Below are positions 19,073 through 29,509 of a stretch of 64,000 bases of DNA, in pieces (positions within the stretch are counted from its first letter, which is position 1; each line of letters starts with the position of its first letter). This stretch comes from Candidatus Latescibacterota bacterium. Lineage in GTDB: Bacteria; Latescibacterota; UBA2968; UBA8231. The notes below the pieces were generated by a model. It was not told where the DNA came from. It did no database searches and worked only from the letters and a program-made list of their open reading frames with translations. The DNA lies in assembly GCA_965204725.1 (NCBI GenBank), contig OZ242005.1, positions 2,976,001 to 3,040,000 of the forward strand, written 5' to 3'. A program made the translations under genes and the position numbers.

Positions 19073-20224
19073 TCACGGCAGGGCAATTTTGCCGAGGACG
19101 ACCGGGCGCTGGGCGCGGGTGGCGGCTGGGATGTTGCCTGGGCGGCCCATCAGGGTTTCGTTGGCGAGGACCGCAAAGGCGAGGGCCTCGCGCGCGTCTG
19201 GATTGACGCCCAGCTCGGCCAGCGACCGCACCGCTAGGCCCGGCAGCGCGTGGCGCAGCCCCGCCATAATGCGCGGATTGTGGACGCCGCCGCCCCCGAC
19301 CCAGAGCGCGGCGAACTCCCCCGGGCAGAAGCGGCCAATGCCCTCGGCAATGGATTGCACGGTAAAGGCGGTCAGCGTGGCGATCAGATCGTCGTCGCGC
19401 CACTGGCCGCGCCGGAGAATATCCGCGAGAAAAGGCTCGCCAAACTCCTCGCGCCCGGTGGATTTGGGCGGCTCGCGCTGCAAGAAATCGGTGCGCATCA
19501 GATCGGCCAACAGGCCCTCGTCAATGCGTCCACGCGCCGCCCGCTGGCCCCCGCGGTCAAAGCGCTCGCGCCCGTTGGTGCAGTGCGCCACGGCCGCGTC
19601 AATGAGCATGTTGCCCGGCCCTAGGTCAAAGGCCCGTATCGCGCTGGCAGCGGCGTTGGGCGGCAAGACCGTGACGTTGGCGATCCCGCCGATGTTGAGC
19701 AGCAGACGCCCCTCGTGCCGCTGGGCAAAGAGCAGGTGATCGGCTAGCGGGACCAGCGGTGCGCCCTCGCCGCCGACCGCCATGTCGGCCACGCGAAAGT
19801 CCGCAATAGTCACCGCGCCCGTGCGAGCCGCAATGACGGCTGGCTCGCCAATCTGCAAGGTGGACCCGCTGGCCGGCAAGTGGCGCACGGTCTGCCCGTG
19901 CGAGCCGATCAGGTCAATGGCGTCGGGGCCGAGCTGAGCCTGCTCTAGTGCGGCTAGGGCCGCTGTGGCAAAAGCCTCGCCGAGGGCAAAATTGACCCGG
20001 CACAGTGCGTCGAGCGAAGCATCCTCGGCGAACAGGGCGAACACCTCGCGCCGCAACGCGCTGGGCAGCGGCGTGGTGGCAAAGGACAACATTTCGTAGC
20101 GCGTGGATTCGCCGCTGCCCCACAGATCGACCACCACCGCGTCAATCCCGTCGGCCGAGGTTCCAGACATCAGGCCCACGACCCGTCGCCGCTGCTTGGC
20201 GGCCAGTGTGGCCAGTTGGTGCAT
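19073..20224 (-). CDS. anmK: Anhydro-N-acetylmuramic acid kinase
   Basis: GLMSGTSADGID, GSHGQT, GGEGAPLVP, NIGGIAN, PPKSTGRE, EALAFA. Confidence 0.95.
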   Translation of the reverse strand: MHQLATLAAKQRRRVVGLMSGTSADGIDAVVVDLWGSGESTRYEMLSFATTPLPSALRREVFALFAEDASLDALCRVNFALGEAFATAALAALEQAQLGPDAIDLIGSHGQTVRHLPASGSTLQIGEPAVIAARTGAVTIADFRVADMAVGGEGAPLVPLADHLLFAQRHEGRLLLNIGGIANVTVLPPNAAASAIRAFDLGPGNMLIDAAVAHCTNGRERFDRGGQRAARGRIDEGLLADLMRTDFLQREPPKSTGREEFGEPFLADILRRGQWRDDDLIATLTAFTVQSIAEGIGRFCPGEFAALWVGGGGVHNPRIMAGLRHALPGLAVRSLAELGVNPDAREALAFAVLANETLMGRPGNIPAATRAQRPVVLGKIALP

Positions 20225-20227
20225 GTT

Positions 20228-21331
20228 TTAGGAGCGGTCGCGGGCCGAGTGCAGGTAGTAGCCAACGACCTGCCCGTGCCCGTCCATGACGTGTGCGCCC
20301 GGGTAGCGAATGGTCGTCGGACACACGTGCCCGGGCACGGCGAGGAGGTAGGTGCCGACGGCGGGTTGGGGTGCGGGCCAAGAGAACACGCCGTGCTCCT
20401 CGTTTTGCCTGAGCAGCTCGGCTGCGGGGTTTTGCAAGAGCTTGGCCCGGCTCGGCATGGGGCCATCGTCGCTAATGGCCTTGATGCCCAAGTCTGTGGT
20501 GATCGTCTGCTGCTCGGGATAGCGATCAATCACTTGCGTTAGGACGAGGGCCGCCCATTTGAAGGGCAGGTCGGCCATGGCGCGGCCGTACCCGGCATCC
20601 CAGTACACGCAGGTGCCCGGGGAGCCGTGCATCCCCTCTGTGCGGGCGTAGTATGGAAAGGAAAAGGAGCCGCCGCCGACGATCCGGGGCACGGCCAAGC
20701 CCGCGCCTTCGAGGGCTGCTTTTAGGCTTTGGGCATCGCGGATGTGCCGCTCGGCCGCTGCTTGGCGCGCTTTAGGCTCGGCGATGTGCTCGTGCCCGTC
20801 GTACAAGTGCAGCCCGCCCGGCGACAGGTGGGGGTGGTGAGCGATTTGGCGGTAGAGGTCGGCGGCCGCGTCCAAGGGGACGCCGGTGCGGAACATGCCC
20901 ACGTTGAGGTCGATCATCACCCGCAGGGTCTGCTGCTGCTCTTGGGCCACCGCGCCCAAGACCTGCACGTGTGCAGGCGTGCTGGCAATCGCGCGGACGG
21001 TCGCCGCACGGCGCACCAACGCGGCGAAGCGCAGCACCTTGCTTTTTTGCACTAGCGGATAGGACAAAATGGCTTCTTGGGCGCCGGCGTCGAGGGCCAT
21101 TTCCAGTTCCTTGAGCGTGGCGCATTTGAACCCGGCGACGCCGGATGCGAGTTGCTTGCGCGCCACGTCGATGGACTTGTGGGTCTTGACGTGGACGAAC
21201 AAATGCTCACTGCCGCCGACTAGTTCGCCGACTCGCTGGATGTTGTGGTCGAGTTGGTCGGCAAACACCAGCATGGCCGGCGTCTCAATGCCGTCCGGCT
21301 CAGCGACTTTGTACTCTCCTATTTCGATCAT
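20228..21331 (-). CDS. D-threonine aldolase / D-serine dehydratase-like PLP enzyme (alanine racemase fold)
   Basis: HVKTHKS, RTG, YDGH, NEEHG, PGHVCPT. Confidence 0.88.
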   Translation of the reverse strand: MIEIGEYKVAEPDGIETPAMLVFADQLDHNIQRVGELVGGSEHLFVHVKTHKSIDVARKQLASGVAGFKCATLKELEMALDAGAQEAILSYPLVQKSKVLRFAALVRRAATVRAIASTPAHVQVLGAVAQEQQQTLRVMIDLNVGMFRTGVPLDAAADLYRQIAHHPHLSPGGLHLYDGHEHIAEPKARQAAAERHIRDAQSLKAALEGAGLAVPRIVGGGSFSFPYYARTEGMHGSPGTCVYWDAGYGRAMADLPFKWAALVLTQVIDRYPEQQTITTDLGIKAISDDGPMPSRAKLLQNPAAELLRQNEEHGVFSWPAPQPAVGTYLLAVPGHVCPTTIRYPGAHVMDGHGQVVGYYLHSARDRS

Positions 21332-21439
21332 GACTTGGGTCGGGTTGGGGAGGTCGTCTTTGTAGCTCAGCGGAAGGTAGCACTCGTCGCCGGTCCGAGC
21401 AACTTTCTCTATTTTCTTCCCAATTCACAGGGAACCTGA

Positions 21440-23719
21440 ATGGCAAAAAGAAAGCAGAAGAGCAGGGTGCGCCGCGAGCTGGCCCTCCTCGCGCTCGGCC
21501 TGCTGGTGGGGGTCAGCTACCTGCCGGCGATGCTGTGGGGCGGCTTTGTCTGGGACGACTACTCATGCGTCATGACCGAGCCGGTGCGGAAAGTATCCGG
21601 CCTGTGGCAAATTTGGTTCTCGCCCGGCGATATCGAAGGAGAGGGGCACTACTGGCCGCTGGTCTATACGACCTTCTGGCTGGAGCACAAGCTGTGGGGC
21701 TTCAACCCGGCTGGCTACCACATCGTCAACGTGCTGCTACACGGGGCGAATACGCTGCTGGTGTGGCACCTTTTGCGGCGGCTGGCAGTGCCCGGCGCGT
21801 GGATGGTGGCCGCGGTGTTTGCCGTGCATCCGCTGCACGTGGAGTCGGTGGCTTGGATCATTGAGCGCAAGGACGTGCTTTCGGGCCTGTTCTACCTCGC
21901 CGCAGCGCTGACGTGGACGCGCTTTGTCGAGCAGCCGCGGCCGCAGCGGTACGCGGGGGCACTGGCGTTGTATGCGGCGGGCCTGCTCAGCAAATCCATT
22001 GCGATTACCCTGCCAGCGGCGCTTTTGCTCGGGCATTGGTGGAAACAGGGCCGCGTGACCTCGACCGACCTAGTGCGGCTGGTGCCGTTTTGCGCGGTAG
22101 GGCTAGCCATCACGGTCGGCGACTTGTCGTTTTATCGGGCTGTCGATACCAAGGCCCTCGGCGATCTCGACTACTCATTAACCGAACGAACGCTCATCGC
22201 GGCCCGCGCCCTGTGGTTTTACGCGGGTAAGCTCCTGTGGCCATCTGGCTTGGCCGTCATCTATCCTCTTTGGGACATCCGCGTCGCCGATCCGCTCGCT
22301 TGGGGGTATCTCATCGCCGCCATCGCACTGGCGGTGACCCTTTGGTGTTTCCGGCGACCGCTCGGGCGCGGACCGCTGGCCGGGGCGTTGTTCTTTGCGG
22401 TCACCCTGTCGCCGGTACTCGGCTTCGTCAATTACGGCTACATGCAGTACGCTTTCGTCGCCGACCGTTTTCAGTACCTCGCCGGCATCGGAGTCATGGC
22501 GGTCGTCATCGGTGCGGCCACCGCTGGGGTTCGTCGCCTGCCAAGCTGGGGGCAAAAGGGGGCACTGGGCGTTGCGGCCGTGGCCCTCGTCGCGCTGGGG
22601 CTGCTGACTTGGCGGCAGGCGAGCATCTATCGGGACGACGAAACCTTCTATCGCCACATCATCGCGCTCAATCCGCAGGCGCGGGGTGCCCACCTCAACT
22701 TAGGCTCCGCCCTATACAAGCAGGCACGGCACGAGGAAGCCCTCGACATAGCCCGCATCGCCGTCGAAAAAGAACGCGCCTTGGCCTCGCTCAACTCGGC
22801 GCATCTGCGCGGCATGCGCCGACAGGCATTTCGACGCAGGCTCGCGCTAGCCGATGCCAACCTCGGCGCGATCCTCAATGCGCTCGGGCGCGTCGAAGAA
22901 GCAGAAACCCACCTGCGCCGAGCCATCGCGCTCGACCCGCAGGCGCGGAGGGCGTACCTCAATTTAAGCAAGGCCCTGTACAAGCAGGCACGGTATGAGG
23001 AAGCCCTCGACGCAGCCCGCATCGCCGTACAGCAAGACCCCGAATACGCCAAGGCCCACCTCAACTTGAGCGCGGCTTTGTACAAGCAGGCACGGTATGA
23101 GGAAGCCCTCGACGCAGCCCGCGTCGCCGTACAGCAAGACCCCGAGTACGCGAAGGCCCAAGCCAATCTCGGCGCGATTCTCAATGCGCTGGGGCGCGTC
23201 GAAGAAGCGGAAACCCACCTGCGCCGCGCCATCGCACTTGACCCGCAAGATGTCGATCTTTTCGCGCAGGTACTCATGCGACAGGGGCGCTACCAAGAAG
23301 CGATTGACGTCCTAGCCCAAGCGGCGGCATTGGCCCCGGCCTTGCCGCAGGCCGCCGAGCTGCATTTTCGCATGGGTCAGGCCGCGCAGCAAAACGGGCA
23401 ACCCGAGGCCGCGGCCGAATACTACATGCGCGCCTTTGAGTTGAACCCACGGCATACGGAAGCTATCCGTTGGCTGGGCCGTCTGCGGAACGAGCAGCAG
23501 CGCTACGACGAGGCACTCGAACTCTTTCAGCGCCTCGTCCACATCGACTCCAGCGACGCAGTGGCCTTGGGCAACATGGGCGTCGCCCTGTTCTACTTGA
23601 ACAGAAGAGACGAGGCCCTGCAACGCTTCGACCAAGCACTCTCCCTCGACCCAACCCTCGAAAGCGCACGGGTCAACCGCGAGGCCGTGCTCAAGGCGAT
23701 GGAAGGAGTGCCCGAATAG
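21440..23719 (+). CDS. TMTC-like multi-pass membrane protein with C-terminal TPR repeats (putative GT-C protein glycosyltransferase)
   Basis: FVWDD, HPLHVESVAWIIERKDVL, ADRFQYL, then TPR units. Confidence 0.85.
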   Translation: MAKRKQKSRVRRELALLALGLLVGVSYLPAMLWGGFVWDDYSCVMTEPVRKVSGLWQIWFSPGDIEGEGHYWPLVYTTFWLEHKLWGFNPAGYHIVNVLLHGANTLLVWHLLRRLAVPGAWMVAAVFAVHPLHVESVAWIIERKDVLSGLFYLAAALTWTRFVEQPRPQRYAGALALYAAGLLSKSIAITLPAALLLGHWWKQGRVTSTDLVRLVPFCAVGLAITVGDLSFYRAVDTKALGDLDYSLTERTLIAARALWFYAGKLLWPSGLAVIYPLWDIRVADPLAWGYLIAAIALAVTLWCFRRPLGRGPLAGALFFAVTLSPVLGFVNYGYMQYAFVADRFQYLAGIGVMAVVIGAATAGVRRLPSWGQKGALGVAAVALVALGLLTWRQASIYRDDETFYRHIIALNPQARGAHLNLGSALYKQARHEEALDIARIAVEKERALASLNSAHLRGMRRQAFRRRLALADANLGAILNALGRVEEAETHLRRAIALDPQARRAYLNLSKALYKQARYEEALDAARIAVQQDPEYAKAHLNLSAALYKQARYEEALDAARVAVQQDPEYAKAQANLGAILNALGRVEEAETHLRRAIALDPQDVDLFAQVLMRQGRYQEAIDVLAQAAALAPALPQAAELHFRMGQAAQQNGQPEAAAEYYMRAFELNPRHTEAIRWLGRLRNEQQRYDEALELFQRLVHIDSSDAVALGNMGVALFYLNRRDEALQRFDQALSLDPTLESARVNREAVLKAMEGVPE
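22688..23250 (+). repeat. Near-identical intragenic 102-bp TPR-coding repeats
   Basis: TACAAGCAGGCACGGTATGAGGAAGCCCTCGAC recurs 102 bp apart (~22979, ~23081) with a variant at ~22715. The ANLGAILNALGRVEEAETHLRRAIALDPQ unit occurs twice. Confidence 0.85.
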
Positions 23720-23800
23720 AATTCTTGGTCGCCTCGCCTGAGTTCGTTATTTTGTCGGCGCGATACGCCCTCCATCACCCCAATCCAAAGGAAGCCTCTA

Positions 23801-24640
23801 ATGCTCAAGCTAGGCTGCATGTCCCTCAGCTACAAAGACGAATTTGCCGCGAATAAGCTCAACTTGGAGCAGTTCATTGAACGCGCCTATCAGCTCGGCC
23901 TCGACGGTATCGACATTCACACGCGCGCCTTTGCCTCGCTCGACCCGGCGTATCTGCGCCGCATTCGCATGCAGGCTTTTCGGCGCGGGCTCGCGCTCTC
24001 GTACATCGGCGTCAGTTCCAACTACGGCAAGCCCCAAGACGAGCTTGCCGCCGAAGTTGCGACCACCAAGGAGTGGATTGACGTGGCCGCGTTCATGGGC
24101 ATTCCGCTGGTCAGGGTTTTTGCCGCGTGGATTCCCGAAGGCGACCGCGAAGAGGACGTGTGGGCGCGGATGATGCCCTGCCTCGAGGAAGTGGCGGCCC
24201 ACGGCGAGGAAAAGGGCGTGGTCGTCGGCTTGCACAACCACAATCACGGCTGCGTCACGCGCACGGGCAAAGACGTGCGCCGAATTATCGAGGGCGTCAA
24301 CAACCCCTATTTCTCGCACATCCTCGACACGGGTCAATACGTCGGCTCTCCCGGGGCTTCGGGCCAGCGCGGGCACGAGGATCCCGCCCTCAACTTTTAC
24401 GGCAGCATCGAGGAAACCGCTCCGTTGGCCGTCCACGTCCGGTGTAAAATCTATCGCGTCCAAAGCGGTGTTGAAGAGTGGCTCAACTATCCGCGCATCT
24501 TTGAGATTTTGCGGGGAGTCAACTACAATGGTTGGCTGTCGGTGGTGTACGAAGGGCAGGACGTGGAAGCAGAGGCGACCGCCGTGCCCAAGGCCGTGCG
24601 CTACTTGCGCGGCTTGATGGCCGAATACGACGCGGCGTAA
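23801..24640 (+). CDS. Sugar phosphate isomerase/epimerase (xylose-isomerase-like TIM barrel)
   Basis: LGLDGID, LHNH, LDTGQ, VNYNGWLSVVYEG. Confidence 0.85.
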   Translation: MLKLGCMSLSYKDEFAANKLNLEQFIERAYQLGLDGIDIHTRAFASLDPAYLRRIRMQAFRRGLALSYIGVSSNYGKPQDELAAEVATTKEWIDVAAFMGIPLVRVFAAWIPEGDREEDVWARMMPCLEEVAAHGEEKGVVVGLHNHNHGCVTRTGKDVRRIIEGVNNPYFSHILDTGQYVGSPGASGQRGHEDPALNFYGSIEETAPLAVHVRCKIYRVQSGVEEWLNYPRIFEILRGVNYNGWLSVVYEGQDVEAEATAVPKAVRYLRGLMAEYDAA

Positions 24641-24659
24641 GCAGCGAGGGCCGGTCAGA

Positions 24660-25067
24660 ATGGGCACTGCGCTTGGCACACCCCGCACCTTGGTAAAGTT
24701 CTCTCTGACCGGCCTCAGCGGGGTGGTCGTCAATCTCGGTTCGTTCCATCTCCTGCTCGAACTCGGCGTCCATAAATATCTGGCCTCACCCGCTGCTATT
24801 GAAATCTCGGTCGTTTCAAATTTTTTCCTCAACAACTATTGGACCTTTGCCGACCGCGCCTTGAGCGGCCACAAGCGGCTGCGGGGTTTGCGGTTTCACC
24901 TCGTGTCCCTGCTAGCCCTGGGGGTGAGCTATGCGACGTTTCTCGTCCTGTCGGTGCTGTTGCCGCACATCGCGCCGGTGTGGCTGCAAGGGTGCGCCAT
25001 CGCGCCGGGCACGGCGGTCAACTACATTCTCAATTCTTACTGGACGTTTCGGCCGGAAGAGCCTTGA
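24660..25067 (+). CDS. GtrA-family membrane protein
   Basis: KFSLTGLSGVVVN, NFFLNNYWTF, NYILNSYWTF. Confidence 0.88.
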   Translation: MGTALGTPRTLVKFSLTGLSGVVVNLGSFHLLLELGVHKYLASPAAIEISVVSNFFLNNYWTFADRALSGHKRLRGLRFHLVSLLALGVSYATFLVLSVLLPHIAPVWLQGCAIAPGTAVNYILNSYWTFRPEEP

Positions 25068-25097
25068 GCGGCCAAGGTGGGGTTTGCAGACCGCTGC

Positions 25098-25976
25098 TCA
25101 GGGAATGCCCAATTCCCGCCGGTATATCTCGTCGGCGTTGGCCTGCAACTGCCAGTAGGGGACCCGGATCGTCCGCACCAATTCGCCGCGCCCCCCAGCG
25201 CCGTCCTCCCAGCGCAGAATGCGATGCGGATAGGCTTTTTCCGTCCACAACGTGTGCTGCCGTGGGCCAATGTGCAGCTCCCACCGCACGCTGGCTCGCG
25301 CACCGGCGGCCGTCTGAAGTTGCTCCTCGGCGGCCTTGTGGATTCGCCCGCTCGCCATCGCATGCGGCTGATGCGCCTGCCTAAGCTGCCAAAAGCTCGG
25401 CAGCACCTCCAGCTTCTGCACCTCGCCCAAGGCCATAAACGGCCCTTGCAGCTCACGGATGCGGATCAGCAGGTGGTCCTCGCTCGCGAAGTGCTCTGGC
25501 TGCTTGAGCTGGTAGGCCCCCCGGCCTTCGCTGGCAAAATAGCTGCTGATGCGCCCGTTGATCTGCCCGCCGCTAAACAGGGCCTCGTCAAAGACCTGCC
25601 CGCACCACTCTTGTGCGCTGAACGAAATGCGCCGCAACTCAAAGGGATGCCGCTCGCCCGCCACTTGGCTAAAAACAGAAGTCATTACCGAGTAGTCGTA
25701 TATCCCGGTCGTAAACTTGAGGATGTGGTTGAGCTTGAGCGCGTAGAATCGGTCGGCCTCCGCGGTCGGCGAATCGACCTTGATCAAGGTCTGCCGGTGC
25801 AGGTCCTCGGTGACGAAGATCATCACTCCGTACCCTGACCGCAGCTCGCCGTAGCGGGGCTGGACCACCTCGTAGCTAGAGACCTCGGCCTTCCCGTCGG
25901 CCCAGTGCGCGTAGAAATCTACCGCGCCCACCTGCACGGCCCCAGCCAATAGGGGCACTATCATCCATTTGATCAT
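25098..25976 (-). CDS. Hypothetical secreted protein
   Basis: Signal peptide MIKWMIVPLLAGA. Conserved-looking WADGKAEVSSY, IFVTED, FTTGIYDY, QEWCG. Confidence 0.7.
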   Translation of the reverse strand: MIKWMIVPLLAGAVQVGAVDFYAHWADGKAEVSSYEVVQPRYGELRSGYGVMIFVTEDLHRQTLIKVDSPTAEADRFYALKLNHILKFTTGIYDYSVMTSVFSQVAGERHPFELRRISFSAQEWCGQVFDEALFSGGQINGRISSYFASEGRGAYQLKQPEHFASEDHLLIRIRELQGPFMALGEVQKLEVLPSFWQLRQAHQPHAMASGRIHKAAEEQLQTAAGARASVRWELHIGPRQHTLWTEKAYPHRILRWEDGAGGRGELVRTIRVPYWQLQANADEIYRRELGIP

Positions 25977-25987
25977 CGTCAAAGACC

Positions 25988-27601
25988 TCAGCGCGATTCG
26001 CTGCGGAGCCCCATCCAGACGCAGACGCACATCCCGAGAATTACGAAGGAAAAAGGGAGGCCGGTTGCGATTGCGGCAGCCTGCAATGACTTCAGCCCGC
26101 CGCCGAGTAGGAGGGCAATGGCGACCAGCCCCTCTATCGTACACCAGAAGACCCGTTGCGGTACGGGCGCGTCCGTCCTGCCGCCGGCTGCGATGGTGTC
26201 GATGATCAGAGAGCCTGAGTCCGACGAGGTAATGAAGAAGACAATGGTCAGGAGCATCCCGATGCAGGACAGCAGGCTCGTCAGCGGGAGTTGGTCGAAC
26301 ATTTTGAACAGCACGAGGGCCGGCTTATAGACCTCGACCGTTTCGGTTACGCCGGTGTAGCCCTCGGCGAGGAATTGGTGAATGGCAGTGCCGCCAAACG
26401 CACCGAACCACACCACGCACAACAGCGTCGGCAGAAGGAGCACGAAAATCATGAACTCGCGCACCGTGCGCCCTTTGGAAATGCGGGCGATGAAGGTGCC
26501 GACAAACGGCGCCCAAGCGATCCACCACGCCAAGTAGAACGTCGTCCAGCCGTGCAGGAAGTCCGTATCCTCCCGCCCGACCCAGTTGCTCAGCGGCACA
26601 ATTTTCGCGACGTATTCCCCGAGCCCAGCGAACATGCTGCGAAAAATGTAGGACGTTGGGCCGAGTATGATGACAGTCAACAACAGCAACAACGCGAGTA
26701 GGATGTTGAGCTGGCTGAGCCGCTTGATACCGACGTCAATACCCGTCAGCACAGAAGCCAGCGCGATAGACGTAATCACCACAATCAGCAGCACCATGGT
26801 CGCGTTGGTCTCGGGAATGTCGAACAAATAGTTGAGGCCGGCCGACACTTGTTGGACGCCGAGGCCGAGCGAGGTCGCAAGCCCAAACAGCCCGGCAAAG
26901 ATGGCAAACGTATCGATGGCATGCCCGGGCCAGCCCCAGACGCGCTCGCCGAGCAGCGGATAGAACGCCGAGCGGATGGCGAGCGGAAGCCCCTTGTTGT
27001 AAGCAAAAAACGCAAGGGTGAGACCGACGATGCCATAGACCGCCCAGCCGTGTAGGCCCCAGTGAAAAGTCGTCGCGGCAACCCCGAGGGCACTCGCCGT
27101 TTGGGTGTTGGCGTCGTCCATTGCGGGCGTATTATCGGCGTTGTACGCTATCTCTGTATCATAAACTTGGTCTAGGTGCGTTAGGCTGAGAGGAGGACTC
27201 TGAAAGTAGGTCACTGGCTCTAGCACCCCAAAGAACAGGAGACCGATTCCCACGCCGGCCGCAAAGAGCATTGCCAGCCAAGTTAAGTAGGAGTACTCGG
27301 GCTTTGCCTCTTTCCCGCCGAGGCGCACCTTGCCGAGGGGGGTGAACGCCACAAACAGGCAAAAGAGAATGACGAAATTGGTGGTGATCATGAACAACCA
27401 ATCGAGGTTCGTCGTCAGCCACGTGCGGGTATTTCCGAAAACCGTTGTCGCGCCCTCCTGAAAGACGAGGGCACCGACGATAAAGATGACAATGGCAATA
27501 CTCGAAGTCACGAACACAGGCGTGAGGTAAATCTCTAAACCGAATAACTTCCTGTACTCCTCGTCGCCCGGCCGTTGGGGTGGGGTGGGGTGTTTCCGCA
27601 T
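25988..27601 (-). CDS. BCCT-family (betaine/carnitine/choline) transporter
   Basis: WLAMLFAAGVGIGL, FHWGLHGW, WTTFYLAWWIAWAPFVGTFIARISKGRTVREF, TSSDS. Confidence 0.95.
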   Translation of the reverse strand: MRKHPTPPQRPGDEEYRKLFGLEIYLTPVFVTSSIAIVIFIVGALVFQEGATTVFGNTRTWLTTNLDWLFMITTNFVILFCLFVAFTPLGKVRLGGKEAKPEYSYLTWLAMLFAAGVGIGLLFFGVLEPVTYFQSPPLSLTHLDQVYDTEIAYNADNTPAMDDANTQTASALGVAATTFHWGLHGWAVYGIVGLTLAFFAYNKGLPLAIRSAFYPLLGERVWGWPGHAIDTFAIFAGLFGLATSLGLGVQQVSAGLNYLFDIPETNATMVLLIVVITSIALASVLTGIDVGIKRLSQLNILLALLLLLTVIILGPTSYIFRSMFAGLGEYVAKIVPLSNWVGREDTDFLHGWTTFYLAWWIAWAPFVGTFIARISKGRTVREFMIFVLLLPTLLCVVWFGAFGGTAIHQFLAEGYTGVTETVEVYKPALVLFKMFDQLPLTSLLSCIGMLLTIVFFITSSDSGSLIIDTIAAGGRTDAPVPQRVFWCTIEGLVAIALLLGGGLKSLQAAAIATGLPFSFVILGMCVCVWMGLRSESR

Positions 27602-27611
27602 GGGGCCTCTA

Positions 27612-29387
27612 TCAATCCCCTACCACGCGGATCTCAAGGGCTTGCGAGCCTTTGAGGGCTAGATCAACCGCTTGCTGCGTAGAAACCGCTGGCTCGGGGG
27701 CCAAAAAAGGAAATCCAGTGGCCCCGGCCCCAATGCCCGCCCCCTCATCGGCTCCGTCCGCAAAGGGCCGCACAAACGTCAACTGCGCCTTTAAGATCGC
27801 GTGTTCGTCCGGTGCATTCACGCGGGCAAAAAATTCGCCGAGCGTTTCATCCGACTCAGTGCCCGAGGGGGCGGATGGAGCTTCAGTCGGCCCGAGCGGA
27901 GTTTCAGCGCCAAAACCACCCGATGCACCAAACGGCTCGGCTCGGCTCAAGGCCGCGACCGAACCCACTTCAAGCCGATAGACGCCAACGGGAAGCTCGT
28001 CCGGTATGCTGAGGGCGAGCTCAATCGCTTGGTCCCGGAGCCGACCTACGCGCAACGATGTCTCAATAGGCAGGGTGCTCCCGACGCGGACCACGGAGTC
28101 GGCCACAACGGCTGTGACTTTTGCAAAGCGAGATTCAGCGAGCAGTTCGAGGTGAACCTCGGCCTCGCGCAACTCCAACTCGTAATCATCCCTAGTCATG
28201 AGTTGTGTGATCATCCGGTTCAAATCGTCCTCTGCCCTGATATACAAGGTCCTGAAGCGGGAGTCCGCAGTGGCGTAAAGCCGGGAGAGGGCCAGTACCG
28301 AATCGGTTCCGACAAAGGAAATGTTCGTCCTGACCCGCATACTGACATTCGCCTCATTGGCAACCTCGCTGGTCAACGGCACAAAAACAGCCGCAGAGAG
28401 CAGCCGGCTCCCTTTTGCCATCTCGTGCATGTATTCGAGTCTGCGCCCCGCAGGAAGCGTATATACGCTCCGAATAGGGATCAGTTCCGGCGCCTCCCCC
28501 AGCCGACCGCGCACCCCGGGCAAATAGTCTTCGGTCAGGGTTCCCCGCACCGTTGGGTTCAAGGTCAACAACTTGAACGGTGCCTGAATACTCGATATTT
28601 CGGCGAGGACCTGTCCTTCTATAATAGGCAGTTCCACGGCACCCGTGTTTGCCATTGGATGCCCGAAACCATATACCCGGTCGCCCTCGATATAGGATAT
28701 AGTCCCAAACGCGCCGCGCGTAACCTCACCCAAAAGATACCCAACCACGAGCGGTCGGCCGGGTTCAAAGCTCTCCTGACGCTGCGTGGTCTTCCCCGCT
28801 TGCACCATCCCCTTTGGGAACGACTCCAGATCGAATCCAGTGCCGACCAATGGGATTTCCAACGGGGCGAAGCGGGTGTCCGCCCAAGTCGCCGTGGGCT
28901 TGGCCAAGGGCCTAGGGCCTTCTCGGCCGATTACCCACTCTATGGGCGTGGCAAAGAAATAGTACGGCGGGCTGGTTTGGCCATTAGACCCATAAGCAAT
29001 GGCTCCCCAAGTGCCTTGCTCGGTGAAGATGGGTGAACCGCTCATCCCTTGGGCAATGCCTTTCAACTGGATCAAAACCGGATCGGAGGCTTCGACCAGA
29101 TAGACCGGCATGGGGGGCAAAAAATCATCGACCACCTGTATGAACGTCATTTCGAGATCCGCGAGCTGGCCATTGGCAAATTCGGTGCGCAAGAATACGG
29201 GCGTACCCGGGGGCATGGTGCGCACCGAATCAACCGGGACAATGGGCGACAGATCCCAAGGTTTTAATTCCCCGGTCGGGCGCAGCACCGGATGCTGCGG
29301 CGCGGTGGGGGCAGGGGCCGTATCATCGTCGTTCCCACAGCCTCCTAGACCGACGACGAGCGCGAACAGGGCTAAATGGATCAACAT
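27612..29387 (-). CDS. SpoIVB-type peptidase S55 domain lipoprotein
   Basis: GIAQGMSGSP, GFGHP, lipobox LGGC. RBS GGAGG before ATG 29387. Confidence 0.82.
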   Translation of the reverse strand: MLIHLALFALVVGLGGCGNDDDTAPAPTAPQHPVLRPTGELKPWDLSPIVPVDSVRTMPPGTPVFLRTEFANGQLADLEMTFIQVVDDFLPPMPVYLVEASDPVLIQLKGIAQGMSGSPIFTEQGTWGAIAYGSNGQTSPPYYFFATPIEWVIGREGPRPLAKPTATWADTRFAPLEIPLVGTGFDLESFPKGMVQAGKTTQRQESFEPGRPLVVGYLLGEVTRGAFGTISYIEGDRVYGFGHPMANTGAVELPIIEGQVLAEISSIQAPFKLLTLNPTVRGTLTEDYLPGVRGRLGEAPELIPIRSVYTLPAGRRLEYMHEMAKGSRLLSAAVFVPLTSEVANEANVSMRVRTNISFVGTDSVLALSRLYATADSRFRTLYIRAEDDLNRMITQLMTRDDYELELREAEVHLELLAESRFAKVTAVVADSVVRVGSTLPIETSLRVGRLRDQAIELALSIPDELPVGVYRLEVGSVAALSRAEPFGASGGFGAETPLGPTEAPSAPSGTESDETLGEFFARVNAPDEHAILKAQLTFVRPFADGADEGAGIGAGATGFPFLAPEPAVSTQQAVDLALKGSQALEIRVVGD

Positions 29388-29509
29388 GATGTATCCTCCT
29401 CTTTGCAGAGCATCGCCCAAGTTCACGACACCCGTCTGTGATGGTGTATCTACACCCGTTTTATACGCTAAAACGGACTTTGCGTCAAAGCGCGCCGGCG
29501 AGGTCGCGG

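Noticed and set aside
27801-29036. 411-aa plus-strand ORF
   Set aside because: It is antisense to the S55 peptidase gene, with no RBS or motifs.
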